From IMG/VR virus record IMGVR_UViG_3300021431_000075, positions 224,001 through 288,000 of that record: a stretch of 64,000 bases of DNA; one strand, given 5' to 3'. Made by a program: the position numbers and the translations under genes. The notes under the pieces are model-generated. The model saw only the letters and a list, made by a program, of their open reading frames with translations, did no database searches and was not told the origin of the DNA. The stretch's first letter is position 1; each line of letters opens with the position of its first letter. The stretch is from a virus (taxonomy: Duplodnaviria; Caudoviricetes). Shown here in pieces: positions 28,685 through 38,772 of this stretch.

Positions 28685-29149
28685 TTATAAACTGACAGTC
28701 AGTTCCTTTCTCTTCGGAGAGTACTCAATCTTGTCGAACTGACCCAGTATGTTCATTCCGATAATCCTTGTCCTGCTGCTCTTGCTGGAGGTGTCGAAGA
28801 TGACCACGACGTTGTCAAGTCGGAATCCGAGGAACTCGAAGCCGTCCACCCGGTAGCTTTCCCTGCGGGCGACAGTGTTCGCGCTCGTGCGGATGTTCAC
28901 GTATCCGGCGAAGTTGTCCCTTGATATGATTCCGCGCCGCTTCATCTCGACATAGTCCGTGTATGACAGGAGAGACTTGTTGCTGCCGGTGTCGACGATG
29001 ACGTTGTCCATCCTGTAGCCGGACACGGAGGCTTCTATGTACAGCAGGTCGTTTCCGTTGTTCCTTACGGCAACGGTTCTCGACTGCGCAGACACCGTAG
29101 TGGATGCCGATAGCACCGTCAGCAATATGGCAGCAACAATCCTTCTCAT
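28685..29149 (-). CDS. Retropepsin-like aspartic protease with signal peptide
   Basis: IVDTGS catalytic motif and IIGMNIL C-terminal motif. Signal peptide MRRIVAAILL... Confidence 0.8.
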   Translation of the reverse strand: MRRIVAAILLTVLSASTTVSAQSRTVAVRNNGNDLLYIEASVSGYRMDNVIVDTGSNKSLLSYTDYVEMKRRGIISRDNFAGYVNIRTSANTVARRESYRVDGFEFLGFRLDNVVVIFDTSSKSSRTRIIGMNILGQFDKIEYSPKRKELTVSL

Positions 29150-30261
29150 TTCTCTTCTGCGAAAATGTGTTTCACTTTCTTTCCTGTTGTCTTCTCCGCG
29201 GTCTTGAACATACCGGAGAGGTTCTCCCTGCACTGCGCGGTGAACTCGTCGTCGATCGATATGACATTGTAGCGCTCCGAGTTGAAAACCGCGTCCGACA
29301 GCACTATCGGAGAATGGGAAACCGATATGATCTGGATTCCCGTGCGCTCTATGAGCGTCGGAAGGAACTCTCCGTACAGCTGGATGTTCGTGGCGATGTC
29401 GAAGTTCTGGTCAAGCTCGTCGAGCAGCAGGGTGCAAGGCTTCTTGACAGAGAAGTTGCGGAACTTTCCGTAGTGCCTGCGCTGCGCCTCGAACGTGTTC
29501 ATCCACACGTCGTTCACGCGCTTGCTGTCATATGCGAACAGCTCGTCGTAGCTGACTGTCCTGTTGACTGTCTCGTACAGGTTCTGCAGCATGTACACGG
29601 CGCGCTCTCCTCCGCACATCTGTCCCTTGTTGATGTGCCACATCGCCTCTTCCGCGCAGTTGCTGATGAAGCCGCCGCCACCCTGGATGCTTCCGAACGA
29701 GTTGCCTGCACGCTCAAGCCTCGCGCTGAAGTTGTGGAAATAGACCGGGGTTCCGTCCCAGTCAATCCTGCACGGGTTCTTCATCTCTTGGATAATGGTC
29801 TTCTCTATCTGGTCGTCGTAGTCCTCTTCCGTCGAGGCGCCGGTGATGACATATTTGAGCATGCTCGGCTCCTTCAGCACCGGGAATCCGTCAAGCCCGC
29901 ATCCGGCATATGCCGCGATAGCCCTGATAATCGTGCTCTTTCCGCATCCGTTCGGACCGACGATGACGTTGACCCTGTTGTCGGAGAAGCGGATCTTCCG
30001 GTTGATGAGGCACTTCGCAAGGTACGGGTTCTCATATTCGCCCTTCTTCTTGTTGTACTCCTCAAGCTCCTTCTCGTACTGCTCGTTGAGCATGCGCTTC
30101 TTCTCGTTCCACTCTTCCAGCTTCCTATCCCTCTCTTCCGGATCGCGGCGGAAGATGAACGGTCTCGGTCCGATGTCCCTGACTGAAGGGCGCACCGGCT
30201 TCATCACCTTCGCGTTGACGTATCCGTACTTTCCGGTAGTGAACTCTATTGAACTAATCAT
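29146..30261 (-). CDS. ABC/AAA-type ATPase
   Basis: Walker A GPNGCGKS, degenerate signature MCGGE, Walker B LLLDE, H-loop SHS. Confidence 0.85.
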   Translation of the reverse strand: MISSIEFTTGKYGYVNAKVMKPVRPSVRDIGPRPFIFRRDPEERDRKLEEWNEKKRMLNEQYEKELEEYNKKKGEYENPYLAKCLINRKIRFSDNRVNVIVGPNGCGKSTIIRAIAAYAGCGLDGFPVLKEPSMLKYVITGASTEEDYDDQIEKTIIQEMKNPCRIDWDGTPVYFHNFSARLERAGNSFGSIQGGGGFISNCAEEAMWHINKGQMCGGERAVYMLQNLYETVNRTVSYDELFAYDSKRVNDVWMNTFEAQRRHYGKFRNFSVKKPCTLLLDELDQNFDIATNIQLYGEFLPTLIERTGIQIISVSHSPIVLSDAVFNSERYNVISIDDEFTAQCRENLSGMFKTAEKTTGKKVKHIFAEEK

Positions 30262-30291
30262 TGTTGCGTTGAATTAAAAATATCGTAAAAC

Positions 30292-30702
30292 TCATCTGGA
30301 TTCATTCCCTCGGCTGACATGCGCCGTGGACACGTAGTCCGCGTCCTTCGAGAAGAACAGGCGGAAGTGGTACTCCGGCTCCCTAAACAGGATTCCGGTC
30401 TCGACCACGTCGTCCATGCTGGTGAACCTCGCCACCATCTTCACCCTGTCCATGTACAGTATCTGGATTGTGCCCGTGATTCCGTTCACGTTCGAGTCGT
30501 AGGTAATCTTGAGCAGGTCCCCCGAGTCCCTATGGAACAGGTACGCGAAGCCCTCGACCTCGTCGTCGATGTAGAGGGAGTCCCTCGTGAACGTGTAGAC
30601 GATGTTGTCTATCCTCCAGGATCCGTAGATGCCGCCCTCCTGGGAGCGTGCCGACGACGGCGCGAGAAGCGCAATCACGGCGATGACCAGATAACGTCCC
30701 AT
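30292..30702 (-). CDS. Secreted hypothetical protein (lipocalin-like GxW)
   Basis: Signal peptide and IYGSW. TAATTTTG promoter at 30729-30736. Confidence 0.55.
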   Translation of the reverse strand: MGRYLVIAVIALLAPSSARSQEGGIYGSWRIDNIVYTFTRDSLYIDDEVEGFAYLFHRDSGDLLKITYDSNVNGITGTIQILYMDRVKMVARFTSMDDVVETGILFREPEYHFRLFFSKDADYVSTAHVSRGNESR

Positions 30703-30884
30703 GGCATATCAGTTTTGGTGATTCGCTGCAAAATTACGATTTCTAAAGATTCCGCGCAAGAAAACCGGTTGTTATTTTCCGGTTTTTAACATTGTTTAAC
30801 CAAAGCAATGACGTTTCTATAATGATTCCGCATAATCAGGCGCGGAACCGCAGTCTCCATGTGCCAACAGAAGCAACTGTGCAT

Positions 30885-31133
30885 CTACGAGTTGAGCGCT
30901 TCCGGATTCCCGGCAGGCTTCCTGAGCACATAGCAGTAGTCGAACTCCTCGGCCTGCTTCTCGTTCATCCTGCTCATGTAGACATTGGAAGTCTTTGTCA
31001 CGACGCACTTGCTGAACACGACGTCGTATCCGCCGGCTACAAGCTTCGCAACGTCGCTCTCCGCCTTCCTCATGTCAGCGACCTTCGGTCCGTACTCCAT
31101 GGTGCATATGGTGACTGTATCATATCTTTCCAT
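30885..31133 (-). CDS. Hypothetical protein
   Basis: ORF with plausible start MERYDT. Confidence 0.5.
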   Translation of the reverse strand: MERYDTVTICTMEYGPKVADMRKAESDVAKLVAGGYDVVFSKCVVTKTSNVYMSRMNEKQAEEFDYCYVLRKPAGNPEALNS

Positions 31134-31204
31134 AATTGTTATCCAAAATAGCGTTTGTCCGGAACCGGCAACCATACAAGCAATAAGCAATAAGCATCAG
31201 AAAA

Positions 31205-31277
31205 CAAAAAGCGCGAACCATCGTCCAAGACGGTCGCGCCTTCCGACAGTATCCGTCATTGCCGGTCCATCTGTCTC
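31205..31277 (-). ncRNA. Candidate small RNA under a late-type promoter
   Basis: ATAAATA (31284-31278), then a GACAG...CTGTC stem with an inner CCG/CGG pair, then a GCGCGA...TCGCGC-TTTTT terminator. No ORF. Confidence 0.45.
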
Positions 31278-31322
31278 TATTTATCATTATGGAAAAAAAG
31301 AGTGTTCCTTGCAGGGTTGATT

Positions 31323-31733
31323 CTACATCTCCAGAACGTTCATGACCTTGTGCTCCATGCAGAAGCCGACAACCTCGCTCATCGTCCGGACAGTCCGCGC
31401 GAACAGCCTGTCGATGAACATCGGCGAATAGACCAGCTGGTCTATGGACATGCATACCATTCCGCGCAGGATGAACGTCTTGACCAGCTTGAACTTGGTG
31501 TTCATGTGGTTCACGAACATCTCCGCGTCGTCCCCGTACTGCGCAATGTGGACCACGTTCATCGCAACAATCTTGAAAAGGGAACTGTCTCTGCCGTCAG
31601 CCACGAACGCCATGTCGACGCCGCCCGCGCTGAACGATACCTTACCGTCCGGCTTCTCCTGAACGGCCAGTCCGCGGTCCCTTGCGAACTCCAGAAAGCA
31701 TTCCCGGAGAAAGTTTGCGTCAAAGGTACTCAT
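31323..31733 (-). CDS. YbjN/type III chaperone-like protein
   Basis: ~136 aa with the FVNHMNTKFKLVKTF pattern typical of YbjN-like folds. Confidence 0.45.
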   Translation of the reverse strand: MSTFDANFLRECFLEFARDRGLAVQEKPDGKVSFSAGGVDMAFVADGRDSSLFKIVAMNVVHIAQYGDDAEMFVNHMNTKFKLVKTFILRGMVCMSIDQLVYSPMFIDRLFARTVRTMSEVVGFCMEHKVMNVLEM

Positions 31734-32211
31734 ATATCGTCTCGGTCTCGTCACCGTCTCTTTCATCGCACTCGTACAGCCTGCGGAACCTGTCGTCGGA
31801 CAACAGGTTGTCCACCGCATCCTTCATCGTCTCGGCAGGCTTCGTCTCCATCACCACTATGCAGTCCATGTATATGATGTCGTAGTGGATCTGCTTAAGA
31901 AGCGGGTTGAGCTTCCGCACGACCTTGAACTTTCCGCATGTCCGCGACACGAAGTCCGCAGCCTCTCCGACAGTCGGCGCCGGAATCAGGAAGTTCCTGT
32001 CGTTCTGCGCCTGTATCCACGACACGTCTATGACCATCCCCGGACGCATCGTCCTGTAGCCTATTCCGTACTCGCCGCCATAGTGGTCGCTCTTGACATA
32101 AACCTCGACATCCTTCGTCCTCACGAACGCGGTCTGTCCCATGCGGAAACCCCGCTCGGCAAGCCACTGCGCGTTCCCGAAGGACACGTAATCATTCTTG
32201 TTCATTTCCAT
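31720..32211 (-). CDS. Hypothetical protein
   Basis: DYVSFGNAQWLAERGF...APTV motif common in Bacteroidota-phage small proteins. Confidence 0.65.
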   Translation of the reverse strand: MEMNKNDYVSFGNAQWLAERGFRMGQTAFVRTKDVEVYVKSDHYGGEYGIGYRTMRPGMVIDVSWIQAQNDRNFLIPAPTVGEAADFVSRTCGKFKVVRKLNPLLKQIHYDIIYMDCIVVMETKPAETMKDAVDNLLSDDRFRRLYECDERDGDETETIYEYL

Positions 32212-32239
32212 CTGTTTTTATAAAGTAAAGTACAACATG

Positions 32240-32608
32240 TCATCTGAATTTCTCAAGGTACTCTATCTTCCTGCTCAGCTTCTCTATTGTTTTGTCTATG
32301 TAGTCTCTGCGGAAGTCAAGCGCGTCCTGCCTTGAAGTGAAGGCGTATATCTCGTTCACCATGTTAGGCTCGTTGTCGATGAAGTACGCGTTGCTCGTGC
32401 TTGCATGCTTGTCATGCACCCATTTCAGGTCAACTCCCGTATGCTTCCTGCTGCTGTCGAACTGGATGTACGTTAGAGTCTCCGTGCGGTAGATGTCGCG
32501 CACCTTGACCGGATATATGTACATGGACAGGTCGTATGTCCTCTGGACCCTCGTGATTACATACATCCTGTCGCCCCTGCTCAATTCTCCGAAAGATTTT
32601 CTGCTCAA
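32240..32608 (-). CDS. Hypothetical protein
   Basis: 122-aa ORF in operon. Confidence 0.6.
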   Translation of the reverse strand: MSRKSFGELSRGDRMYVITRVQRTYDLSMYIYPVKVRDIYRTETLTYIQFDSSRKHTGVDLKWVHDKHASTSNAYFIDNEPNMVNEIYAFTSRQDALDFRRDYIDKTIEKLSRKIEYLEKFR

Positions 32609-32637
32609 TCCATGACCGGTAAGATTTTATATGGCTA

Positions 32638-33366
32638 TCAGCCCTTCTTCCTATATATCCGCTTCTCGTACAGCGCGTCAAAGTCCTCCTTGCTGATTCT
32701 GACCATCGTCCCGTTAATCTCCGTCCTGTATATGTTCAGGTCAACGCGTTCCCCGTCCGGCGTCAGCATGTACAGCGTGCCCTTCGTGTCGTAGTCGCCG
32801 TTCCTCTCGTCCGTCAGGAACTTCCTCTCGTATATGACGAACTTCTTCGACGACGGATAGTACGGCATTTTGATAGGATACATGTCGTCAAGGAACGACA
32901 TGTCGGACACGTACTTGTCAGCCGGGTTGTCGATGTTCACGAAGTATCCCCTGTCCAAATCCTTGTAGCGGATTCTGCCGTCCAGTCCCTCGATGCGGAA
33001 AACGGACATGCATCTCCTGCACTGTATGTACGAGCGGTATCCTTCCCTGCGCAGATCGTCCGGACTCATGATTGATAGTTCCTCTGCGCTGAATCCCTCC
33101 TTCAGGAAATCCGCGTCAGTAATCGGCATCAGCGGCTGGTTGTGAAGAAGCCTCTCAAGAATCATGGTCATCACCGGGAACTGCGCGCCTGTCAGGTTTC
33201 CCTTTATGCATTTCTCATATGCGGACAACGCGACATCGTAGCAAGCCTGCAGATAGTCGTGACCGTCATCTCCATTGTCATTGCTGTTCTTCCTGCGGCA
33301 TGCGAGCTCGACCTCGTGCTCCGCCCACAGAAGATGCCTGTTTGTTTCCTTTTTCTTTCTTGCCAT
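32638..33366 (-). CDS. Conserved hypothetical phage protein
   Basis: 242 aa with WAEHEVELAC...QCRRCMSVF...FLTDERNGDYDT. Confidence 0.7.
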   Translation of the reverse strand: MARKKKETNRHLLWAEHEVELACRRKNSNDNGDDGHDYLQACYDVALSAYEKCIKGNLTGAQFPVMTMILERLLHNQPLMPITDADFLKEGFSAEELSIMSPDDLRREGYRSYIQCRRCMSVFRIEGLDGRIRYKDLDRGYFVNIDNPADKYVSDMSFLDDMYPIKMPYYPSSKKFVIYERKFLTDERNGDYDTKGTLYMLTPDGERVDLNIYRTEINGTMVRISKEDFDALYEKRIYRKKG

Positions 33367-33381
33367 ATGTGATAATTCGTT

Positions 33382-34131
33382 TTAGAACAATCCGGATGCC
33401 TCGTCTTCCATCCGCTGTCTTGCAATCTCATAATAACCGCCGTCTTTCTCGATTCCGATGAACCTTCTTCCGAGCCTGCTGCACGCAACGCCCGTGCTCC
33501 CGCTTCCCATGCAGAAGTCAAGCACCAAGTCATCTGGATTCGAATAAAGGCTCACGATGCGTTCCATCAGCCTGACAGGTTTCTGTGTCGGATGAGCGAC
33601 CTTCTCCTTCGAGTTGTGCGGAAGCGCTGGTATGTCTGCCCATACATCGGAAAGGGTGACTCCGTCCTTCAACGTTCCCCTCGTGTACTCAGGTCTTGCG
33701 GACTCGACATTGACCTTGATGCTGTTGAAGGTTCCGCCATCGCCCTTGCAGAAGTGGAGAATCGGCTCGTATCCGGAAGCAAGAGCGCGTCCTCGGGTGT
33801 TGTTGAAGCCGCGCTTCCTTGCCCAGATGATTGTCCGGACATCTGTCCATTCAATCTCATCAATGGCTATGTTGGAGATCTGGCGCATCATCTGCCTGCT
33901 GGCGAACAGGATGATGTTCGCGTTGTCTTTTGCCACGGAATCAACTTTCACCAAGACATCACGGACCCAGTCGAGATACTCATCCGGTGTGTTCCACTGG
34001 TTGTCGAAATCGTCGCTGACCACTTTGTAGTACGGAAGGTCCGTGATTACGCAATCAGCAACAACAGACTGTCCAGCCAGCCTGTCGAGAACCTCGGAAC
34101 AGTCTCCGTTATATAGAGACGACTCCTTCAT
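33382..34131 (-). CDS. Site-specific DNA methyltransferase (N6/N4, beta class), second copy
   Basis: TDLPY, HPTQKP, DFCMGSGSTG. Confidence 0.9.
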   Translation of the reverse strand: MKESSLYNGDCSEVLDRLAGQSVVADCVITDLPYYKVVSDDFDNQWNTPDEYLDWVRDVLVKVDSVAKDNANIILFASRQMMRQISNIAIDEIEWTDVRTIIWARKRGFNNTRGRALASGYEPILHFCKGDGGTFNSIKVNVESARPEYTRGTLKDGVTLSDVWADIPALPHNSKEKVAHPTQKPVRLMERIVSLYSNPDDLVLDFCMGSGSTGVACSRLGRRFIGIEKDGGYYEIARQRMEDEASGLF

Positions 34132-34745
34132 CACGAGAACAGGTATTTGATGAAGTCCATCGCCTTGCGGAACCATGTCCTCTCATCTGTATTCACAGCC
34201 ACAGGTTCCGAAATCTCGGTATTATATTTCCTGACAAGCCTGAGCTTCTCGATATAGGTGGCCGGCATCACATGACCGTACGGCGTGAACTTCATGTCCG
34301 GATACGACACCCCGTACGAGTCGATGCACATGCTTGCGGAAACCTCTCCGCCGCTAATCTCCTTCACCTCGAATATGTACCCGTATGTCTTGAGAACGTC
34401 TCCGGGCTTCGCGTCGGCAAGCGTCCAGTTCCGGAACCTGCAACCGTCCGTGACCATCACGCTCTTTCCGCTCTCGCCAATCAGATGGTCGTTCTCGTCG
34501 GACATGTACGTCTTTCCGACCTTGAACTCGCTTCCGTTCTCGCTCTCAACGCACACGTAGAAGTTCCCTCCGGCAACAGCGCAGCCGCCGTGCCTGTACT
34601 GAGGAAGGTCTTTCTGGCATATCAGGCGCTCGTGCCCGCTCACGTAGTGCTGGACCAGGCACGAGTCCGCCATCACCTCGGTGATGATGAACTTCTCGCC
34701 GGTGCTTGTATTGACGAGTATGTCGTTCTTGCTGTACTTTTCCAT
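34131..34745 (-). CDS. Hypothetical protein
   Basis: WTLADAKPGDVL motif. Start MEKYSK. Confidence 0.6.
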   Translation of the reverse strand: MEKYSKNDILVNTSTGEKFIITEVMADSCLVQHYVSGHERLICQKDLPQYRHGGCAVAGGNFYVCVESENGSEFKVGKTYMSDENDHLIGESGKSVMVTDGCRFRNWTLADAKPGDVLKTYGYIFEVKEISGGEVSASMCIDSYGVSYPDMKFTPYGHVMPATYIEKLRLVRKYNTEISEPVAVNTDERTWFRKAMDFIKYLFS

Positions 34746-34758
34746 TGTGGTGTCTATA

Positions 34759-35205
34759 TTAGAGAATTTCCTCAAGAGTGTACTTGGCAAGCGTCTCGAA
34801 CGCGTCGCTGGAGCTCTCGTAGTCGAACTCGTCTATCTCGGTCTCGAACGGCATGCACTTGTTGCCCATGTCCTTTATGACGCCGATGAACGCATAGCCC
34901 CTCTTGTTCGCTGCAGGAATGCAGTCGATCTTGATGAAGATGCCCCATTTATCGGCAAGCCAGTCATGCACTGTCTGGTGCGTCGGAGCGGCAAGCGCGT
35001 TGTCGTACTGGGATGCAAGAGTGCCGTTGGTGCATATGGAAATGCTGTTGCCGTCACATGTCATCAGAACCCTCGTTCCGCTCTCCGCAGGTTTCCAGAA
35101 CGCGCGGCACTTCTCATTGAAGCCGTGCTTCTTGAGCAGCTCGCACAGAGCCTCGCTCGCAATCCGCTCTGTCGTTACGACAGATGTATCTATATAATTA
35201 TCCAT
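34759..35205 (-). CDS. Hypothetical protein
   Basis: LLKKHGF...APTHQTVHDWL, related in pattern to 31720..32211. Confidence 0.6.
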   Translation of the reverse strand: MDNYIDTSVVTTERIASEALCELLKKHGFNEKCRAFWKPAESGTRVLMTCDGNSISICTNGTLASQYDNALAAPTHQTVHDWLADKWGIFIKIDCIPAANKRGYAFIGVIKDMGNKCMPFETEIDEFDYESSSDAFETLAKYTLEEIL

Positions 35206-35226
35206 AGCAGTGTCTTGTTTCTTGTT

Positions 35227-35634
35227 CTATTCAACTTTGTTCTTTGCTATCGGCTGTACGGTAAATTGCGTCTGCTTCGGTCTCACGACGCAATTCGTGA
35301 TAAGGTCAACACCCCATCCGACAACTCCTCCGAGTATGATATTGGCAAAAGTCCAGCCATTGACCTGCTTGTCCAGAAATAAGTCATTGAACAAATAGTG
35401 CTCCGACTCGATATGGATCCTCTGATCTTTCAACTTGTGCTTATCGACTTGAACCACGGCCGGAAGCATAACCCGCGTATAAGTCTGCTTTTCCGTCCTG
35501 ATTGTCACCGGCTCGTCAATCTGACCATTGATTGTAATACTCGGATCGCCACCTGCACAGATAGTCGCGCATGATGAGAATGTCATCAGCGCAATCGCTG
35601 CAAAAAGAAATAAAATTAACTTTCTCTGTTCCAT
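35227..35634 (-). CDS. Putative lipoprotein
   Basis: Signal peptide with lipobox FSSC. NIILGGVVGWGVD motif. Confidence 0.65.
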   Translation of the reverse strand: MEQRKLILFLFAAIALMTFSSCATICAGGDPSITINGQIDEPVTIRTEKQTYTRVMLPAVVQVDKHKLKDQRIHIESEHYLFNDLFLDKQVNGWTFANIILGGVVGWGVDLITNCVVRPKQTQFTVQPIAKNKVE

Positions 35635-35657
35635 AATGATTCTTTCTTATTTAGTAG

Positions 35658-36035
35658 TTAGACAACATCGTCAAGATAAGCCCACTTCTCGAACCCGCAC
35701 GTGTCCCAGGTCCTGTGAGCGGAAGGCTGGTCGTCGTACACCAGACGGTCGAAATGCTTGTCGTACATGCAGACGTACACGCTTCCGGACACGTCCTTTG
35801 CCAGGATCTTCCGCTTTCCGTCCGGACGGACATCCGGCTTGTGCCACACAGACCCGAAAACATACGAAAGGAAGTCGAACAGCGTCTGTCCAAGCTCGGC
35901 ATCCTTGTTCCGGGTCCTGCTAATCAGGACCTCAACCCTCTTCGACATCGGTTCCGTGTCATCCACCAGATAGTCATGGATGTTCTCCGGAATCGACAGT
36001 CTTTCAAACAGTTTCTTGCTTTTCTCGTTACTCAT
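35658..36035 (-). CDS. Hypothetical protein
   Basis: 125 aa ending WAYLDD. Confidence 0.6.
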   Translation of the reverse strand: MSNEKSKKLFERLSIPENIHDYLVDDTEPMSKRVEVLISRTRNKDAELGQTLFDFLSYVFGSVWHKPDVRPDGKRKILAKDVSGSVYVCMYDKHFDRLVYDDQPSAHRTWDTCGFEKWAYLDDVV

Positions 36036-36054
36036 CGCTTCATATCTTTGGTTG

Positions 36055-36642
36055 TTATATTTCCATGCTCTTCAGCATCATGTAGATGTTCTCCGGATTC
36101 TGCTCGACCGCGAACACCCTTGACATCCTGTGAAGGAATCGGTCGTGCTCGTCGTTCTCATAAACAGGAATCTCAACCGAACTGTGCTTCTTGACATAAT
36201 CTATGCAATTCTCAAGGCTGTCGCAGCACCACAGAATCTCCGCATTGTCCGACTCGCATGCTCCTGCCGGCCATATCTCGACAGAGTCGTCTCCATTGTC
36301 GTCCGTCAGCCTGACCACCTCGAACTCGTCAACCTCGTAGAACTGGTCGAGCTCTGGGGAATATAGAAGTTCCTTGTATCCGCATACAAGCCATCCGATG
36401 ACCGTCTTGTTGCAGATGCCCGAATATCCCTTGATGGTTCCGTCGCTCTCTATGCGGAAATACTCGGCTGACGCGTCTGCCGAATCGTATTCATATGTTC
36501 CGCCATAGAACGTCAATATATCGATGATTCTATTCAGCGGCGTCCGCGAGTTCATCCTCACGAACATCTTCTTTGGTTTCTGCATCTGTCCCGATGATAT
36601 TTCTTGTATTTGAGTTAAGGTATGCGGCATGAGCCTCGGCAT
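36055..36642 (-). CDS. Hypothetical protein (true start probably ~36555-36567)
   Basis: ORF in operon whose 5' end overlaps the upstream gene. Confidence 0.5.
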   Translation of the reverse strand: MPRLMPHTLTQIQEISSGQMQKPKKMFVRMNSRTPLNRIIDILTFYGGTYEYDSADASAEYFRIESDGTIKGYSGICNKTVIGWLVCGYKELLYSPELDQFYEVDEFEVVRLTDDNGDDSVEIWPAGACESDNAEILWCCDSLENCIDYVKKHSSVEIPVYENDEHDRFLHRMSRVFAVEQNPENIYMMLKSMEI

Positions 36643-36973
36643 CCTCTTTCCTGAAGAACATGTTTCCGTTCGTCATTCTGTATAGTTCGTCCGTGGTTTT
36701 CTGTCCCCACTTGGCGGATTTCACGACGAACCCGAACGAGCCGTCGTCCGTCATCTCGACATAATAGTAGTCCGGCACGTCGGTCTTGACCTCGTCGATG
36801 TAGCCCTTGGTCAACAATACGTGCGTGAAGTGCTGTTTCCCGCGCTCGTCGATAATGATTCCGTTCTTGCTCTTATAAAACTTGTTCGGAGTGAAAGCGA
36901 CAACCTTATTGCCCAGGAATTCTCTTTGAACATATTCCTTGACACATTTGTACGTTGCTATGACATCTTCCAT
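36530..36973 (-). CDS. Hypothetical protein
   Basis: Start MEDVIATY downstream of the TATATTTG promoter at 37010-37017. Confidence 0.55.
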   Translation of the reverse strand: MEDVIATYKCVKEYVQREFLGNKVVAFTPNKFYKSKNGIIIDERGKQHFTHVLLTKGYIDEVKTDVPDYYYVEMTDDGSFGFVVKSAKWGQKTTDELYRMTNGNMFFRKEDAEAHAAYLNSNTRNIIGTDAETKEDVREDELADAAE

Positions 36974-37134
36974 TTTGCTTTCCCTTTTTGTCAAAAACAT
37001 TTTCATTGACAAATATATGAAAGATTTATAAACAAAACAAGAGTTTGCACGAAAAAAATTGCAAACTCTTTATTTTTTTAACATTTGTTAATTATTGTCT
37101 GTCGATTAACAAACTTAAAATCTCACTTTTCTTT

Positions 37135-38250
37135 CTATCTCGCCCTGATGATGTAAGCCATCGCGAAGTACCTCGGCTTGTTCTCATGCGCCTGCGATGC
37201 ATTCGAACTCTCACTCGAGTTGACATCGACTGTCGTGCTCCCTGAATTTCCGGTGAATCCGTTTCCAGCCTTCGCTTCAAGATACAGCCTTCCGCCTTCC
37301 CTGTCGTTATGGGTATCGAAGTCTATGTTGAGCGTCGGGCTTGGTCCGGTCTTGTTCACGAACGCGCCTTCCGGCTTGAACTTCGAATCATCATACCGTC
37401 CGATACCGAGCATCGAGTCGTCGGCGGTGAACGAACCGCTGATCTGGTATGAACCGACACCGTGAGTATGACCGGAAGTCGTATGGCTGTGCGCCGGAAG
37501 CCCGGACTGGTAGCTTGTCAGCTGCACGGTCCCCTTTCCGCCCTGCTTGTGGAGGGAGTAGTCCCCGGAGCTGTCGGACCCGTCGTATCCGACCACGAAC
37601 CTCGACCTCAGGTCCGGAACCCTGAACGAGTCGCTCTGTGGACTCGTCCACACGTTCTGCGAGTTGTGGTCGTCGGTTGGCTTGAACTGCGTGTTGTAGC
37701 CTTCGCCTATCGCGTCGAACAGATGCGGATATTCGTTCTTGCTGTACTCGCTTCCGTCGCAGAGCAGGTATCCCTCCGGAATGCTGCTGTCCGAGCCGGA
37801 CCATATCTTGATTTCTCCGAACAGGCTTCCGCAGTTCTTTCCGAACACGAACTGTCTCCATTCGAACGTCTCCGGAGCGCTTGCCGTATCCTCAGGCTCC
37901 ACAGGACTTATCCATCTTTTCGTGTACGCGTTCTGGTAGTTCACGTTGTTGGACTGTATGCTTATCCACTTCTTGCGCAGATAGACAGTAGTCGGAGTAT
38001 CCGTCACGTTTTCTGCGTCGTAGAACAGAACCTCTCCCTCTGGATGGTCGATGGTCTTCACGAACACGTATCCGGTTCCCCTTCCATTTCCGTTCGCGCC
38101 GCACCCGCTCAGTATCACGCATTTCGCGTTGCATATGTTTCCGATGATCTGGCTCATGTAGTTGTTCGTCTGGATATAGTCCAGCGTCTCGCAGTCCATC
38201 GGGAACGAGTAGTTCGTTTGTCCGGTATAGTTGCCCTGAATGAAATCCAT
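37135..38250 (-). CDS. Phage tail-collar domain / short tail fibre protein
   Basis: GEIKIWSG...PEGYLLCDG...YPHLFDAIG...FRVPDLRSRFVVG...HENKPRYFAMAYII. ATAAATA at 38272-38278. Confidence 0.88.
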   Translation of the reverse strand: MDFIQGNYTGQTNYSFPMDCETLDYIQTNNYMSQIIGNICNAKCVILSGCGANGNGRGTGYVFVKTIDHPEGEVLFYDAENVTDTPTTVYLRKKWISIQSNNVNYQNAYTKRWISPVEPEDTASAPETFEWRQFVFGKNCGSLFGEIKIWSGSDSSIPEGYLLCDGSEYSKNEYPHLFDAIGEGYNTQFKPTDDHNSQNVWTSPQSDSFRVPDLRSRFVVGYDGSDSSGDYSLHKQGGKGTVQLTSYQSGLPAHSHTTSGHTHGVGSYQISGSFTADDSMLGIGRYDDSKFKPEGAFVNKTGPSPTLNIDFDTHNDREGGRLYLEAKAGNGFTGNSGSTTVDVNSSESSNASQAHENKPRYFAMAYIIRAR

Positions 38251-38280
38251 CAGCAGGATGACAAATTTTTCTATTTATCT

Positions 38281-38739
38281 TCAAGCCGTGAAAATCTCCC
38301 CGTCAGTGACCAGCGTGTCCATCAGGTTGTAGAACTTAATCAGCCTGTCCAAGATGGCGCTTGCGACAAGCCCGACCTCGCGGATGAACGAGAACGGAAT
38401 CCTTTCTCCGCTCTTTGCGAGAATGTTATATGTACCGGTCTCCGGAACGAAGATGACGGAAACTATTTCAACCTTGTCCGGACGGAATCCGCTGCCGTCG
38501 TCGTTCGCGACATCGACCATGACAGAGTCTATGTTCTTGATGCCGAAGATGCGGTGCGCGTTGTAAGCCTTGCCAAGCAAACCGGCAATCAGCATGTCCT
38601 CTGTCTTCTTCGCGTCCATGTACAGTTCATGTGTTTCCGGCTTGTCCAGCTTGTTAATATCCTCACAGCATTCCAATAAGGATACGAGGTCCAAGCGGTT
38701 CTTGGACGGTTCGAGCTTTCTGAATTCTTCAATCGTCAT
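38281..38739 (-). CDS. Hypothetical protein
   Basis: 152-aa ORF. Confidence 0.6.
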   Translation of the reverse strand: MTIEEFRKLEPSKNRLDLVSLLECCEDINKLDKPETHELYMDAKKTEDMLIAGLLGKAYNAHRIFGIKNIDSVMVDVANDDGSGFRPDKVEIVSVIFVPETGTYNILAKSGERIPFSFIREVGLVASAILDRLIKFYNLMDTLVTDGEIFTA

Positions 38740-38772
38740 TGCATTTTCGTTTTACGGTTGTTGATAATATCT

